Source: a virus. From it: a stretch of 64,000 nucleotides of DNA. The notes below the pieces were generated by a model. The model saw only the letters and a program-made list of their open reading frames with translations, had not been told where the DNA came from and did not search any database. The DNA lies in IMG/VR virus record IMGVR_UViG_3300028845_000030; one strand, given 5' to 3'. Shown here in pieces: positions 11,091-22,283 of this stretch (position 1 is its first letter; each line of letters opens with the position of its first letter). Made by a program: the position numbers and the translations under genes.

Positions 11091-13226
11091 TTATCTTCTC
11101 TTTGTTCTAAATGCTTCATATAATTTCTTTGCTTCAGGATGTTGTTCAAAATAACTGAACATAGAAGGAATCATATCTAAGGAAGCTTGATTATATTGAT
11201 TAGCTTTATTTTCTCTTGTTATAGAACTACCTTGTCTTGCTAAGTTCTCACCTATATCATATTTAGCTTTATATCTGGCACTCAATACTTTATCTCTATT
11301 AGCCTGATTAAGATCATCTGTTCTATATCTATTACCAATATTAAATTGATCTCCCTGATTTCTTATTCCAGTATTAGCTCTATCATATTCAGCTCTAACA
11401 TTAGCTTTAGTTTGATCTCCCTGTAATTTATTGGCTAATAGAGCATTAATAGCTAAATTACCAGAACCTCCTGTAGTTCCTGGAATAGCACTTCTTAAAG
11501 CACTTGTAGATTGATCTACATCTCTTAAAGCATTAGTAGGATCAAGAGTATTTGGCTTGTAGTTATAATAAGCTTGTACATCTGCCTTATTATCTGGTCC
11601 AGCTAAGAAAGAAGCAGGTCCAAAGTTTTGAGCTATTCCTATGGCAGCTTCTGTACCTAATTTACCCCAATTAGGACCAGTATTATTATTTATTGGAGGT
11701 GTAGTTCCAAATGGTGTTATTACTGGTTTATTTGGATTACTTCCAGGAACTGGATAACTACCTGTTCCATTAAATGGATTTTTCATTCCACCTGGATTAG
11801 CTTGAAAATCAAATTTTGGTTTATAAAGAGGGTCAGCTAAACTTCTATCAGAATTACTCCAATCAGTTGTATCAAATTGTTCTGGTGGATTTTCCCAAGG
11901 AGTATCTCCAACTGTTCCATCTGGAGCATAATAACCTATTTTAATCTGATTATCCATTGCTCTATCTAAGAATGCTTGTTTAGTTCCACCATCTGCAAAA
12001 TATGTTGGTAGTCTGTTTAATTCAATATGTCCACCATCTGCATGTTTAAATTTACTTGCATTTCTGGCAAAATTAGCTCTTTTAACTAATGTAGAAGAAT
12101 AATTCTCTTTATGTGCTAATATTTGAGAAGCATATTCTTGTACAGATTTACCTGCTCTTTTAGCAGCTGCTGTGAATTTACCTCTATTCTCTGGTTTAAT
12201 GTGTATTCCACCATCTTTATACATCATAGTACCACCAAAAGCAAATACATCATTTGCAAAATTATCATCTTTTTGAGCTTCTTGTTCTTCAAATATCTTA
12301 TCTAAAGCTCTTTTATTCTTTTCTAACATTAATTGAGCTGTCTTTTTCTTTAATTGATCAGCTTTATTATCTTCTAATGTTTTCTCAAACTTATTGGTTT
12401 TAAAAGCTTCTGCTTCTTTAGCAAATGTAATTCCATTCTTAGATTTAAGTCTATCAGAATATACTCTTGTACCTTGTTCCAGATTAAGATTAATTCCACC
12501 ATTTTGATGAGAAGGTGCTTCTACTTGTTCTGTAGTACCATCTGGTTCTTGAAATACTTCTTGTTTTTCCAATTGAGCATTATAATTAACATCATCTTCT
12601 TTAATAGTTCCACCATTAGGAAAAGATTGTTGCATTCCAGGTTTAATTGGTTGTGCTGCTTGTGGAATTAGTCTATTTTCAAAAGTTGTATTAAGATCTC
12701 CAGAAATAGGTCCATATCCTATTTGATTAGGAAATTGTTTTAAAGCATTTTGATATACATCAGGTGTTATAATTTGTGGATTAGATCCCATATTTGTTGC
12801 TGTAGCATAAGGATTAATCTTTTGTCCTTTCTTATAAGGCATATTTGTTTGATAATATGATGTGTTTATTTTACCTGTATCATCTTTAGTTCCTCTTGCA
12901 TAATAAATAGGAACTGTTCCACCATTAGGCATCATATTAGCTGCCAGTCCAGCAATTGGTTTAGTCACTTGTCCTACTTTTTGTAGATTTTTATCTTTTG
13001 TAGCTGTCCCTATATCTCCTATAAGATCAGCCCCTTGCATTAAATTGTCCTGCATTCCAGGAATTAATCCTGTAGCTGTAGCAACTCCTGATCCTATTAG
13101 TTGTGCTGTATTTTCATTAGCACCTAACATTTTAGCAAGTCCTGTAGCTCCTTGATTGATTAGTCCACCAAAAGGATACTTAGCTTTTGCTAATAGAACA
13201 TATTTGCTTTTTGATTTTTTAGCCAT
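11091..13226 (-). CDS. Hypothetical virion protein, G/N/P-rich (possible cargo or internal protein, by position only)
   Basis: 711-aa ORF on the same strand in the same operon. Low-complexity G/P/N-rich segments. No catalytic motif seen. Confidence 0.75.
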   Translation of the reverse strand: MAKKSKSKYVLLAKAKYPFGGLINQGATGLAKMLGANENTAQLIGSGVATATGLIPGMQDNLMQGADLIGDIGTATKDKNLQKVGQVTKPIAGLAANMMPNGGTVPIYYARGTKDDTGKINTSYYQTNMPYKKGQKINPYATATNMGSNPQIITPDVYQNALKQFPNQIGYGPISGDLNTTFENRLIPQAAQPIKPGMQQSFPNGGTIKEDDVNYNAQLEKQEVFQEPDGTTEQVEAPSHQNGGINLNLEQGTRVYSDRLKSKNGITFAKEAEAFKTNKFEKTLEDNKADQLKKKTAQLMLEKNKRALDKIFEEQEAQKDDNFANDVFAFGGTMMYKDGGIHIKPENRGKFTAAAKRAGKSVQEYASQILAHKENYSSTLVKRANFARNASKFKHADGGHIELNRLPTYFADGGTKQAFLDRAMDNQIKIGYYAPDGTVGDTPWENPPEQFDTTDWSNSDRSLADPLYKPKFDFQANPGGMKNPFNGTGSYPVPGSNPNKPVITPFGTTPPINNNTGPNWGKLGTEAAIGIAQNFGPASFLAGPDNKADVQAYYNYKPNTLDPTNALRDVDQSTSALRSAIPGTTGGSGNLAINALLANKLQGDQTKANVRAEYDRANTGIRNQGDQFNIGNRYRTDDLNQANRDKVLSARYKAKYDIGENLARQGSSITRENKANQYNQASLDMIPSMFSYFEQHPEAKKLYEAFRTKRR

Positions 13227-13305
13227 TGTAATTAAATTGTTATATATAATATAATCATTATATTTGAAATCTCCTAATATTTAGTATAATATTTTTGTAT
13301 GATTG

Positions 13306-16300
13306 TTATCTAGCTGAAACCCTGTATTTAGTAGCTATATTGTGAATCAAGAAGTTATATCCTGATGTATTTGGATAACTATAATCGCATGTTAGGTATT
13401 TATCTCTCATTCTTTCTCCCCAAAGTTTATTTCCAGAATTAAGATCTGTAAATATATCAGGACTATTAGTTCCTGTATATAACACTCTGTTTCTAGGAAT
13501 AGCTATATTAAAGCTTCTTTCTTTCCTCTTAACATTTGTATCATATACAAGAGTCTGGAAATCAGTGTTTTGATAGTCATTATACATTCTAATAGAGTTG
13601 AATATACTATCATTGATATTAACAGGATTAGAGCCAGAGGTATTAATAGCCTGAGTTTCAAATACTTGATTATCAAACACCTTTGTTTGTATAGGATTCT
13701 CATTTACTATTGTAGTTAGTGTACTTGGATATACTGTATTATAGAACTTTGAATAAGACCCCTTAGAATGCACATAGATTGCATTAGAGACACTATTACT
13801 AGGTGAAAGGTATATCTGCCTATTTGATAGATAGATCGTTGGTGTAAAGCTATAAAATGATGTAAAGCAATCAGCTAATTCATTATAAGCTATTGTAAAG
13901 CTATTTGTATCTTCTATATTGATATAATCATGAAATGTGCTTATAATTTCATTATTCTTATAATCATACACTGTACATATTCCTTTTCTAAGAATAGGAT
14001 TATCATGATTTAAGAATTCACCTGTTAAATTCCTATCAAAATAAGTGTGCATTCCTTTAATATCTGACAGAGGTTCATTATTACCTCTATATCTGTATTG
14101 TTTTTTAGCCAATACATCATAGTAATATATAGAATTAGGGGTAGCTAATACACTCCATTGATGCTTAGAACCACTATTAGTGCTTATATATTGATGTTTA
14201 TCCATTTTATTACCCAATCCTATTTGTAATTGAGCATCTAATATACCAGCATTATTTAATACAGCTCTTGGATAAACAGGGATGATTCCTATTGCTCTAT
14301 CTTGTATAAAGTGTAATTGGTTCTGAAATACAACAATAGCATTTATAGGACCATAAGCACCATCTACATCTTTATAATCTCCAGCTGGAAATATATTCCA
14401 AGAATCAGCTAATTCACCATTAATTTTAGTGTTTGATCCATAAGTTCTGTTATCAAATGATGTTTGTTCTATATATGGGATAGGTTTAGGAAGATATGTT
14501 ACAACATCATTCTCCATACTAAACATAGGATTATATTGATTACATTCATTTATATCAAGTCCTAATCCATTATTTTGAGATCCATTATAATAATAGGTTG
14601 TATTAACAGTTGGATATGATCCTCCTGTAGCTGCTATTCCATCTTTAGATCTACAATTAACATTTATAGCTGATTCACAAACAAATAATTTTGGTACTAA
14701 ATAACAATTTGATAATGATCCACCAGCTTCCAGTCTACTTTGAAATCCATATTCAGAGTATAAACTAAATAAAGGTTTTCTTTCATCATTATGATCAAAT
14801 ACAGAAATCCATACATCACCTCCAAATACATCAGAACTGTATAATGTTTGTGATGAATTTACTGGTTGATAATGATTACAAGAAATATAATTATTTAAAG
14901 ATTTAACAGTTAATGTATCTCCACCATATTGATTAGCTACTGTTCTTTTATAATTGACCAGATATTTTCTATAGTTATTATATAAATTATCTGTGTACAT
15001 ATAACTACTTGTTAATCCATTATATCCTACATATTTAAATGTACTTGAATCAAGTTTTAATAGTAATGCTTGTCCTCCTTGTGAGTTATAAGCATTTCCA
15101 TATGAAGTATTTGCTATTTTAGTTGCACCATCAGATATAAGACCTGAAGTTATGGCTGTTTGAGATACATCAAAAGTATTGTTAATAATAAAAGATTTAC
15201 CTATACCTCCGCCAGATCCATTTACTTGCCTATATGTTCCATTTAATATGGCAGGTGCTTGGTTTTGATATAATTTTAATACAGCAGATGTTCCAATTGC
15301 ACCAATAGCTGGATATGGATTTCCTCCATAAGCAGGTTGTGCTCCTCCATTTATAGAATCTAATATATCAACTATTTCTGTAGTATCTCCACTTTTATAC
15401 CCTATGTGTCCAAATGTTTCAAAAAATGTTTCTGGACTATATAATGTAGCATACTGAGTATCCATTTTAACATTTGGATTTAATACAGCACCATTTTTAA
15501 GAGTTACTACTGATCCAGGAGTTAATGTTGGATCAAAAGCTGGTTGAATAATACCCTGTGCTAATATAGTTTTATCATTCTGTTCTCTCTTCACTCTAAC
15601 AATAGAGAATCCAGATATTTGATCATTAATTGAACTTGTATTTACTGTAAATTTAATAGCTATTGGAAGAGCATAATAATTCTGTCCAAAGCTTTTTGAT
15701 AGAGGAAATTGACTTGTTCTTTCTTCATGGTCAGCAGCAGTTGTATCAGGCATATAAATAGCTGGTATTCTAATATCAGCTATCCATTTAACAAATCCAG
15801 GAAATCCTTTCTTATCATAAAATACAATGCCAAATCTATATATTTCATCTCTTTGGTATCCTCTAAATACAGCTTCTACATAAGGAGATGTTGGATCTTT
15901 AAAGAAGTTTCCATAAGGATATGTTTGACCTGTTATTCCTGTATTAACAGATCCATTATCCCATGTTGTATTTCTATATTGTGGACCAGGTTGTGGATTA
16001 GTTTGAGAATCCATATTTGTTTCATATCCTGTATTATGTACAAATTGATAAGCTATATTAGCTCCTGTTCCCCCTAATATTGTTGAATTATATTGATATA
16101 AATAGTTGTTCCAACTTGTAGGAGCTTGATTAGGATTATTATCAGGAAGTAAACCTGGATCTTCACCTATAAGATAATCAGCATTCATTGCTGTTCCTCC
16201 TATTGGATAATTTACATTACCTGTACTATTTTTACTCCATCTAAAAGCTCTTGCATCCCAATCAAGATCTAATTTACTTGTTTTAACATTTGATATTAAT

Positions 16301-17691
16301 AATAAAGAATCCTTTATAGCATTTGATTTGTATATATCAATTGGTCTAATAGGATTAATCAGTTCAGAATTAGTTATAGCAATATTAAGAATTTCTGTTC
16401 CTGTGTGTGTTACAGATATAGACCCTGTAGTTTTATCTACATCTGTTTCATAAAATACAGCTATTTCATCTGGAACAGGAGTTAATGTAGTTCTTCTTAC
16501 ATAAGCTATTTGTATTCTATCATAATCAGTGTCTAGTCCATTAATTGATAGAGTTACAGATTTACCTGTATTTGTAGAAACATCATAACTATTTGATATA
16601 TATATATTATTAGGACTTCCATCAGCTGCTGTTTCAGAACTTGAAACTATGTGTAATAAATTACTTAATGGAGCAAAAGCTGTATTAGTTCCTTGTGTTT
16701 TTAATAGTCTATATGTGTATTGATACATTCCATAAGGAAGACTACCAGTTGTTCCAATAGATTGCATGATCACTTTACTCTGATCATTATTTGGAACACT
16801 GTCTATAAGACTTAAATCCAGGAAAAAACCATCAGGATCAGCAGTGTTAAAATATCTCATTTTATTATAAAAATCACACCAATATATCTTCTTAGTGGTA
16901 TCATTTTCATAATTACCTGTTATAGCTGTTGGAGCTACAGGATATTTTTTAGAGAAGTTTAATTTGTTGTTATATAATAGTTCAAGAGTGAATACATTAG
17001 CTGGAAGAGGATCTTGATCTATTTTACTGGCATCATATGTTAACTTCCATATTTGTCCAACATTTAATGATGTTCCTACACCAGGATTAGGTGTACCATC
17101 AGCATCACTTTCTGATGGAAGTAGGTTATCTTCACTTGTTGTAAGAATGATTATTTCATCTCTTATGTTTGTACTTCCAATTGGAATTAAATTAGTTTGA
17201 GCTGAGATAACTGTTGAATAATTTATTCTTAATGTTGAATAATTTGTTAATGTTAAATCAGCATATATAGTTGAATATAAAAATACATGTGTTCCTTCGG
17301 CATAAGCTACTACTCCTAAGTTATTCAATACTGAATTAGTATTTATTATTGTTGCAAGTTCTACCCAATATGCTGCACTACCATCTGTTGTCCAAGTTAT
17401 TGTTTCTGATGTTATAGTACCATCTTGTTCTGTAACAGTTATATCAAAAGTCATTGTAATTATTCCTCTACCTAATACAGTTCCTCCTGATAGTTTGATA
17501 TAATTACCTGTATCAGGAAAAGTTATAGCAAGAGTATTACCTTTAACATTAGATAAGATTCCAGTGGATTGTCCACTTTCTGTCATTATTCTAAAATTAA
17601 GAGCATTAAAATAAGAATCTTTCTGTTGAATTGTTTTAGCAAAATCCTGATTAAGACCTTTGTTAAAACTATTGATTGCTATACCATCCAT
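13306..17691 (-). CDS. Large tail structural protein (1461 aa); possibly the muzzle-type tail protein of crAss-like phages, by size and position
   Basis: Longest complete ORF in the window. N/T/S/Y-rich, beta-rich composition typical of tail or baseplate proteins. Located just upstream of the two possible cargo genes and the RNAP gene. Confidence 0.7.
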   Translation of the reverse strand: MDGIAINSFNKGLNQDFAKTIQQKDSYFNALNFRIMTESGQSTGILSNVKGNTLAITFPDTGNYIKLSGGTVLGRGIITMTFDITVTEQDGTITSETITWTTDGSAAYWVELATIINTNSVLNNLGVVAYAEGTHVFLYSTIYADLTLTNYSTLRINYSTVISAQTNLIPIGSTNIRDEIIILTTSEDNLLPSESDADGTPNPGVGTSLNVGQIWKLTYDASKIDQDPLPANVFTLELLYNNKLNFSKKYPVAPTAITGNYENDTTKKIYWCDFYNKMRYFNTADPDGFFLDLSLIDSVPNNDQSKVIMQSIGTTGSLPYGMYQYTYRLLKTQGTNTAFAPLSNLLHIVSSSETAADGSPNNIYISNSYDVSTNTGKSVTLSINGLDTDYDRIQIAYVRRTTLTPVPDEIAVFYETDVDKTTGSISVTHTGTEILNIAITNSELINPIRPIDIYKSNAIKDSLLLISNVKTSKLDLDWDARAFRWSKNSTGNVNYPIGGTAMNADYLIGEDPGLLPDNNPNQAPTSWNNYLYQYNSTILGGTGANIAYQFVHNTGYETNMDSQTNPQPGPQYRNTTWDNGSVNTGITGQTYPYGNFFKDPTSPYVEAVFRGYQRDEIYRFGIVFYDKKGFPGFVKWIADIRIPAIYMPDTTAADHEERTSQFPLSKSFGQNYYALPIAIKFTVNTSSINDQISGFSIVRVKREQNDKTILAQGIIQPAFDPTLTPGSVVTLKNGAVLNPNVKMDTQYATLYSPETFFETFGHIGYKSGDTTEIVDILDSINGGAQPAYGGNPYPAIGAIGTSAVLKLYQNQAPAILNGTYRQVNGSGGGIGKSFIINNTFDVSQTAITSGLISDGATKIANTSYGNAYNSQGGQALLLKLDSSTFKYVGYNGLTSSYMYTDNLYNNYRKYLVNYKRTVANQYGGDTLTVKSLNNYISCNHYQPVNSSQTLYSSDVFGGDVWISVFDHNDERKPLFSLYSEYGFQSRLEAGGSLSNCYLVPKLFVCESAINVNCRSKDGIAATGGSYPTVNTTYYYNGSQNNGLGLDINECNQYNPMFSMENDVVTYLPKPIPYIEQTSFDNRTYGSNTKINGELADSWNIFPAGDYKDVDGAYGPINAIVVFQNQLHFIQDRAIGIIPVYPRAVLNNAGILDAQLQIGLGNKMDKHQYISTNSGSKHQWSVLATPNSIYYYDVLAKKQYRYRGNNEPLSDIKGMHTYFDRNLTGEFLNHDNPILRKGICTVYDYKNNEIISTFHDYINIEDTNSFTIAYNELADCFTSFYSFTPTIYLSNRQIYLSPSNSVSNAIYVHSKGSYSKFYNTVYPSTLTTIVNENPIQTKVFDNQVFETQAINTSGSNPVNINDSIFNSIRMYNDYQNTDFQTLVYDTNVKRKERSFNIAIPRNRVLYTGTNSPDIFTDLNSGNKLWGERMRDKYLTCDYSYPNTSGYNFLIHNIATKYRVSAR

Positions 17692-17704
17692 ATTTTACTT
17701 TATA

Positions 17705-18427
17705 TTATTTAATAAAACGCTGTTCTTGTCCACCTCTAAATAATTGTGAGTAAGCATAGGTTTGTGGAATTAGTCTCACTAATCTATTCTTCAGGTTCTC
17801 CAATTGTGCAGCATTAGGCATATTGGCAGCTCCTCTTGCAGCTTGTACATAGAAATCCCATCTCATCTGTGAATCATCTTTAACTTTATCTGGAATTCTA
17901 CCTTTTCTCCATTCTCTCCAGTCTAATTGTTTAACTACATAAGCTTTACATGCTTCAAAATAGTAAACATCATCTGGTATTAAAGGAAATCCATCTTCAT
18001 CTACATCTATTGATAAATATGTAATTGGTATTCTTCCTTCACTAACTGTTGTATGTAATGTATAATTATCTATATAGAAAGTGTTTCCACATTGAGAACC
18101 ACCTGCATTACTATCTACATCCAGACATACAGGTATTTGTGCTTCAGGACAACACCAAGCAGCTATCATACTATTACCAGCCCAATACATTACAGCATTA
18201 TTATAAGTAATTTCTTGTAGTTTATAGAAGCCCGTAGGTAGACATGCTTTATGATTTTCTACATCAAGAATAACTGTTTTTGAATCAAATTGTCTAAAGG
18301 CTCCTATAAATAGAAGTGCTTCCCCTAACCATTCAATAAGGTCTGCTTCTGGAAGTTCTTCATTTAATCCAAGATCTCTGTATAATTTCTCAATTATATA
18401 TTTGTAACTAATTTTACCTGCTATCAT
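17705..18427 (-). CDS. Hypothetical tail-associated protein
   Basis: 240-aa ORF, tightly packed in the late operon directly upstream of the 1461-aa gene. Confidence 0.7.
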   Translation of the reverse strand: MIAGKISYKYIIEKLYRDLGLNEELPEADLIEWLGEALLFIGAFRQFDSKTVILDVENHKACLPTGFYKLQEITYNNAVMYWAGNSMIAAWCCPEAQIPVCLDVDSNAGGSQCGNTFYIDNYTLHTTVSEGRIPITYLSIDVDEDGFPLIPDDVYYFEACKAYVVKQLDWREWRKGRIPDKVKDDSQMRWDFYVQAARGAANMPNAAQLENLKNRLVRLIPQTYAYSQLFRGGQEQRFIK

Positions 18428-18438
18428 ATTGTTATTTG

Positions 18439-18873
18439 TTATTCAAAGTAATCAATCTTATCCACTTTAATACATTTAGCCAGTTCTCTATTTAAATGTT
18501 TACAGGCTTTAAAGAAATAAAAACTTTTATTTGGTAATTTCACTTGATTTTTCTCCCATATTACTTTGTATATATAGTCATTTGTATAATATACGGTATG
18601 TCCAAGTTTCATTGTTGTACCATAATCAATTTTAAACTTATTATCTGGTACTTTACTGTAGTCTATTTTCTTCTTTCTTACTCTCAAATTACCTCCTCTA
18701 ACTGGTAATTTAAATACATCTGATTCTTTTAATAGAACATCTCTTATTCTAAGATTACATTCTTCCCATATTTTTGCACAAAATTCCAGATTTTGTTGTT
18801 TGACATTTTTAGTTTTACATCTTATTTTGTAAAATTTGTATATGTCTTTTGTCCCTTTACTTAATTTTCCCAT
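18439..18873 (-). CDS. Hypothetical basic protein
   Basis: 144-aa K/R-rich ORF in the late operon. No motif recognised. Confidence 0.6.
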   Translation of the reverse strand: MGKLSKGTKDIYKFYKIRCKTKNVKQQNLEFCAKIWEECNLRIRDVLLKESDVFKLPVRGGNLRVRKKKIDYSKVPDNKFKIDYGTTMKLGHTVYYTNDYIYKVIWEKNQVKLPNKSFYFFKACKHLNRELAKCIKVDKIDYFE

Positions 18874-18879
18874 GTTTTA

Positions 18880-19578
18880 TTATACTTTTGGTTGTCCTCC
18901 TAATGGTCCAGTTTCATCATTAGCATTATTTTTAGTATCCTGACCATTTAACATATAAGGTTTTACTTTTGTATTAATTATATAATTGGTTACATCATTA
19001 GCCATTTTTAAAGACATAGGATATTCAGATTCCAGTGTAATGCAAGATTGATTATTACAATCTACAAAACTATTAAGGTCTAGTGGGTTTTCAAATATTC
19101 CTTTTAGAGAAACCATTCCTAATGAAAGATCACTATTAGTGATGTAAAGATAGCGATTTTTTAAATACCAACCTGGTGTATTTTTTACAAATTTATTATA
19201 TGCTCTGAATCTTGATCTAAATGGATTAATTTTAGCTATAACAGTGGAACCATCTATTCCAGCTACCTGCATAATCATGTTTATACCATCTGTTTCTATT
19301 GTAGGAGGAAGTTGTACTTCACTTCTAAGCATGTAACAATCTGTTGTAACTTCACAACATTCTGATGTATCAACTTCTGTTAATGCTAAACAACCTATTG
19401 TTTGTATCCAAACATCAGAAATATCCTGCCTTTTCTGAATAGCTTGATTAATCATCATACTTCTGGTTTCATTTATCCAATGAAGTATTTCATCATCAGA
19501 TATTCTAAAATCTACAGGTGTTGGACCAGATGATGCTATATTACGAATATCTGTTATTAGAGATTGAGCACTTGCCAT
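18880..19578 (-). CDS. Hypothetical structural protein
   Basis: 232-aa ORF. Its stop and start abut neighbouring genes. Confidence 0.7.
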   Translation of the reverse strand: MASAQSLITDIRNIASSGPTPVDFRISDDEILHWINETRSMMINQAIQKRQDISDVWIQTIGCLALTEVDTSECCEVTTDCYMLRSEVQLPPTIETDGINMIMQVAGIDGSTVIAKINPFRSRFRAYNKFVKNTPGWYLKNRYLYITNSDLSLGMVSLKGIFENPLDLNSFVDCNNQSCITLESEYPMSLKMANDVTNYIINTKVKPYMLNGQDTKNNANDETGPLGGQPKV

Positions 19579-19579
19579 A

Positions 19580-20164
19580 TTATTTTATATTAAATAGATT
19601 TATTGCAACTCCAACATTATGTGTTGAATTTACAAGGTTATATCCATAATTTACATAGGTGGTTTTATATCTAATTCCTATGAATGGTTGTATAGATGAT
19701 AGAGTATTTTGATTACCACCTATTGTAAGTCCACCATAAGCAGAATAATGATTCATTCCATATTTAGTTATTAATACACTATCTGTTACTGTTATAGTTT
19801 TAGTTATTCTTAAAGGTACATGTAATTCATATGACATTATATTACTTTTAAGTTCTCCTTGAGCCTTTAATGTTTGTCTGATAGTTATATTAGAATCAAT
19901 AAGAGAGTCTTTATATGTATTAATTTTATCACATATTTTAGAAGAATCAGCTTTTTCTATATAAACAGGATGTCCAATAGATATAGTTTTAGTAATTATT
20001 TTTGTTCTATCTTGCCATACAGTGTCAACTCTTGTTACTACAGATTTTTTAGTTATAATTTTAGTTGAACTTGTTGGACAAGAATGTCCACATCCTCTTG
20101 TTAATAATAGAATAATTATTCCTATAAATAATGCTATTATTGTGTAATTTTTTAGTTTTTCCAT
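19580..20164 (-). CDS. Membrane-anchored, beta-rich protein (outer-membrane-protein-like C-terminus)
   Basis: N-terminal hydrophobic helix IIALFIGIIILLL followed by Cys residues. The C-terminal half has alternating beta-strand-like sequence ending in ...VGVAINLFNIK. Confidence 0.6.
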   Translation of the reverse strand: MEKLKNYTIIALFIGIIILLLTRGCGHSCPTSSTKIITKKSVVTRVDTVWQDRTKIITKTISIGHPVYIEKADSSKICDKINTYKDSLIDSNITIRQTLKAQGELKSNIMSYELHVPLRITKTITVTDSVLITKYGMNHYSAYGGLTIGGNQNTLSSIQPFIGIRYKTTYVNYGYNLVNSTHNVGVAINLFNIK

Positions 20165-20165
20165 T

Positions 20166-22010
20166 TTAATATTGTCCTATATTTATTTCTTTTGTTGTTC
20201 CATTTAAATTTTGTAGTTCTATCCAATCTTCATTTCCAGGAATTAATGTTTGATTTACACCACCTTTTAACATTAATGTAGCTCCATTTACAAATCCTAT
20301 ATTATTAGCTCCTTTTGCTAATATTTGAACTGACATATATGTAGGCATGTTAGCGATAGTATCTATTGCAGCCACTCCTCCTGTTATTGTTGTATTATAA
20401 ACACCATATAAATCAGAATCTAAGGTTAGTGTTGTAAGACCAAATGCTTGTGAAATTGCTGTTTCAAATGTACTAAAAACATCTCTTTTGTATGATTTAT
20501 TTGAATGACTCTCATTTGTAAATATTTTTTGTAAACTTGGTGTTCCGCCATCTATATTACAAAAATTAATATCACTATTACCAATTAACATCAATGTAGC
20601 TCCTCTAACTTCTGTATCAGATATACTTCCTGTTGAATCTACTACTGTTACATCTCCAAAATTATGTAAACCAATGTGTCTGCAATTACCATCGTACATA
20701 GTTAAATTACTATGTGTTACATCTGATGCTAATCCGTCTGAATCTCTAAAAGCATTAAATGTTGATCTACTTAATACTAAAGTAAAACTAAAATTTGCTT
20801 TATCTGATATATAAAATCCAGAATCTTGTATGAATAAATTAGTTTGAGCTGTAACAGCATTCCATCCTGTAAAATCAAAACTATATATATTATTACCAAA
20901 TACAGTGTTTCTACCCCACTGAAATCTTAATGTTGATATTCCCTCTTTATCCATAACAACATTTCCTCTTTTATCTTCTCTTGTTGTTATTAGATCACTT
21001 GTAAAGTTATATGTTATTCTATCATATTCTATTTGATAAGAACTATCTGTTGTAGCTAATGCTGTCCAATTAGTTGTATCATATTTTGGATGTTGAATAG
21101 TTGCTGATCCTGTTGTATTTACATAATGTAAATTGTTCCATGACATTATTTTATTAGCAGCAATTGATCCCGATATAGCTGTACTTGTTACAGAAATTAT
21201 TGTTCCTGTGGAACCACTTGTTACACCTGTCATAGTTTCAGCTGCAACAGGTAATGTTCCATTAGTACTGATACATTGAAAATATCTTGTGTTATTTATG
21301 TTTATGGCTACTTTTCTTAGTACTTCAAGTTGACCTCCTCCACTACAGTTTACTAACTCTCCTATTTGAAATGAACCAACTAAATTGTTATATTCTACTA
21401 AAATTGTTCCTTCCCATACACCTATAAAATTAGTTGTTACATTATTATAGTCAGCATTTGTAGCTTTTAATATACCAGTTGTTGATAGTGTACTTGATGA
21501 TGTAGCTGTTAAATATACGTTTTTATCTGATATAAAATATAAACAACTTTCTTGTAATCCAGAAGTAGAAATTAATGTAGTTATTTCAGCGTGTGTTTTG
21601 CTGATTATAAGATCTATTGGGGTATTTGCTATTGCTGTAACTCTTCCTTTAGAATCTACTGTTGTAGTGGCTACATTTAGTTGATCTCCATATGTTCCTG
21701 CAACTACTCCTGTATTAGCTAGTGTTAATACTCCTGATGGAACTATTGTAGCATCTCCTGATAGTGGAACAGCTTGAGCTAAATTTGAAGCATTACCAAC
21801 AAATATTTGTGAATTTGGTAAACCTATACCAGACAAACTACCACTTCCACTACTACTTGATGATGAATTATATGAAAGTAATCTTGTTAATGTACCATCT
21901 TGTAATCCAATATAATAAATTGGATATTGATGATTAGTTGTATCTACATAAATGAAGTTTAGCTGTGCAGATTTATTCCTATTTATAGTGTTAATCTGGG
22001 CTGTTGTCAT
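20166..22010 (-). CDS. Tail fibre / receptor-binding protein
   Basis: 614 aa. Contains a poly-Ser/Gly linker (SSSSSSGSGSLSG) and is T/S/G/N-rich and beta-rich. Lies in the tail-fibre cluster. Confidence 0.65.
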   Translation of the reverse strand: MTTAQINTINRNKSAQLNFIYVDTTNHQYPIYYIGLQDGTLTRLLSYNSSSSSSGSGSLSGIGLPNSQIFVGNASNLAQAVPLSGDATIVPSGVLTLANTGVVAGTYGDQLNVATTTVDSKGRVTAIANTPIDLIISKTHAEITTLISTSGLQESCLYFISDKNVYLTATSSSTLSTTGILKATNADYNNVTTNFIGVWEGTILVEYNNLVGSFQIGELVNCSGGGQLEVLRKVAININNTRYFQCISTNGTLPVAAETMTGVTSGSTGTIISVTSTAISGSIAANKIMSWNNLHYVNTTGSATIQHPKYDTTNWTALATTDSSYQIEYDRITYNFTSDLITTREDKRGNVVMDKEGISTLRFQWGRNTVFGNNIYSFDFTGWNAVTAQTNLFIQDSGFYISDKANFSFTLVLSRSTFNAFRDSDGLASDVTHSNLTMYDGNCRHIGLHNFGDVTVVDSTGSISDTEVRGATLMLIGNSDINFCNIDGGTPSLQKIFTNESHSNKSYKRDVFSTFETAISQAFGLTTLTLDSDLYGVYNTTITGGVAAIDTIANMPTYMSVQILAKGANNIGFVNGATLMLKGGVNQTLIPGNEDWIELQNLNGTTKEINIGQY

Positions 22011-22206
22011 TTGTTCCTGTATTTCCCTTGTTTTCTTTATCCTTTATAAAAGATACTAATTCATTAGCTAATGCTCCTACAGCTAATACAGCTAATGTTA
22101 AATATGGATGTCCTTCAGCTAACACCATACTTCCTCCTATTACACCTGTTACAGCTTTAATACAAAGTCCAATAAGTTTAAATTTATCAAATTTAGATAT
22201 TTTCAT
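21991..22206 (-). CDS. Small membrane protein, holin-like
   Basis: 71 aa with two hydrophobic segments (LIGLCIKAVTGVIGGSMVL, LTLAVLAVGALANELV) and a charged C-terminus. Lies immediately upstream of the endolysin gene. Confidence 0.5.
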   Translation of the reverse strand: MKISKFDKFKLIGLCIKAVTGVIGGSMVLAEGHPYLTLAVLAVGALANELVSFIKDKENKGNTGTNDNSPD

Positions 22207-22283
22207 TGTCTTTATTATCTCTATCTAATTTATCAATAAAATATAGCATTATTACTAAAACTATTAATGTAATTAGGATCATA

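Noticed and set aside
10925-11149. The 74-aa minus-strand ORF between two large virion genes
   Set aside because: It overlaps the 3' end of the 711-aa gene (11091..13226) in another frame. It has odd composition and leaves no room for its own start context. It is probably spurious.
15709-16077. Plus-strand ORFs antisense to late genes. Examples are 3411..3620, 5274..5492, 6465..6674, 9767..9955, 12123..12305, 12474..12671, 15709..16077, 19874..20068, 22004..22228, 24902..25096, 25189..25461, 26477..26915, 27015..27483, 29150..29389, 29800..30036, 32143..32983, 33985..34200, 36052..37111, 40374..40565, 42099..42311, 42680..42940 and 43447..43638
   Set aside because: All lie fully inside longer, better-supported minus-strand genes and have Cys/Phe/Ile/Ser-rich shadow-frame composition. 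The same-strand internal ORFs 13503..13703 and 24487..24699 were rejected for the same reason.
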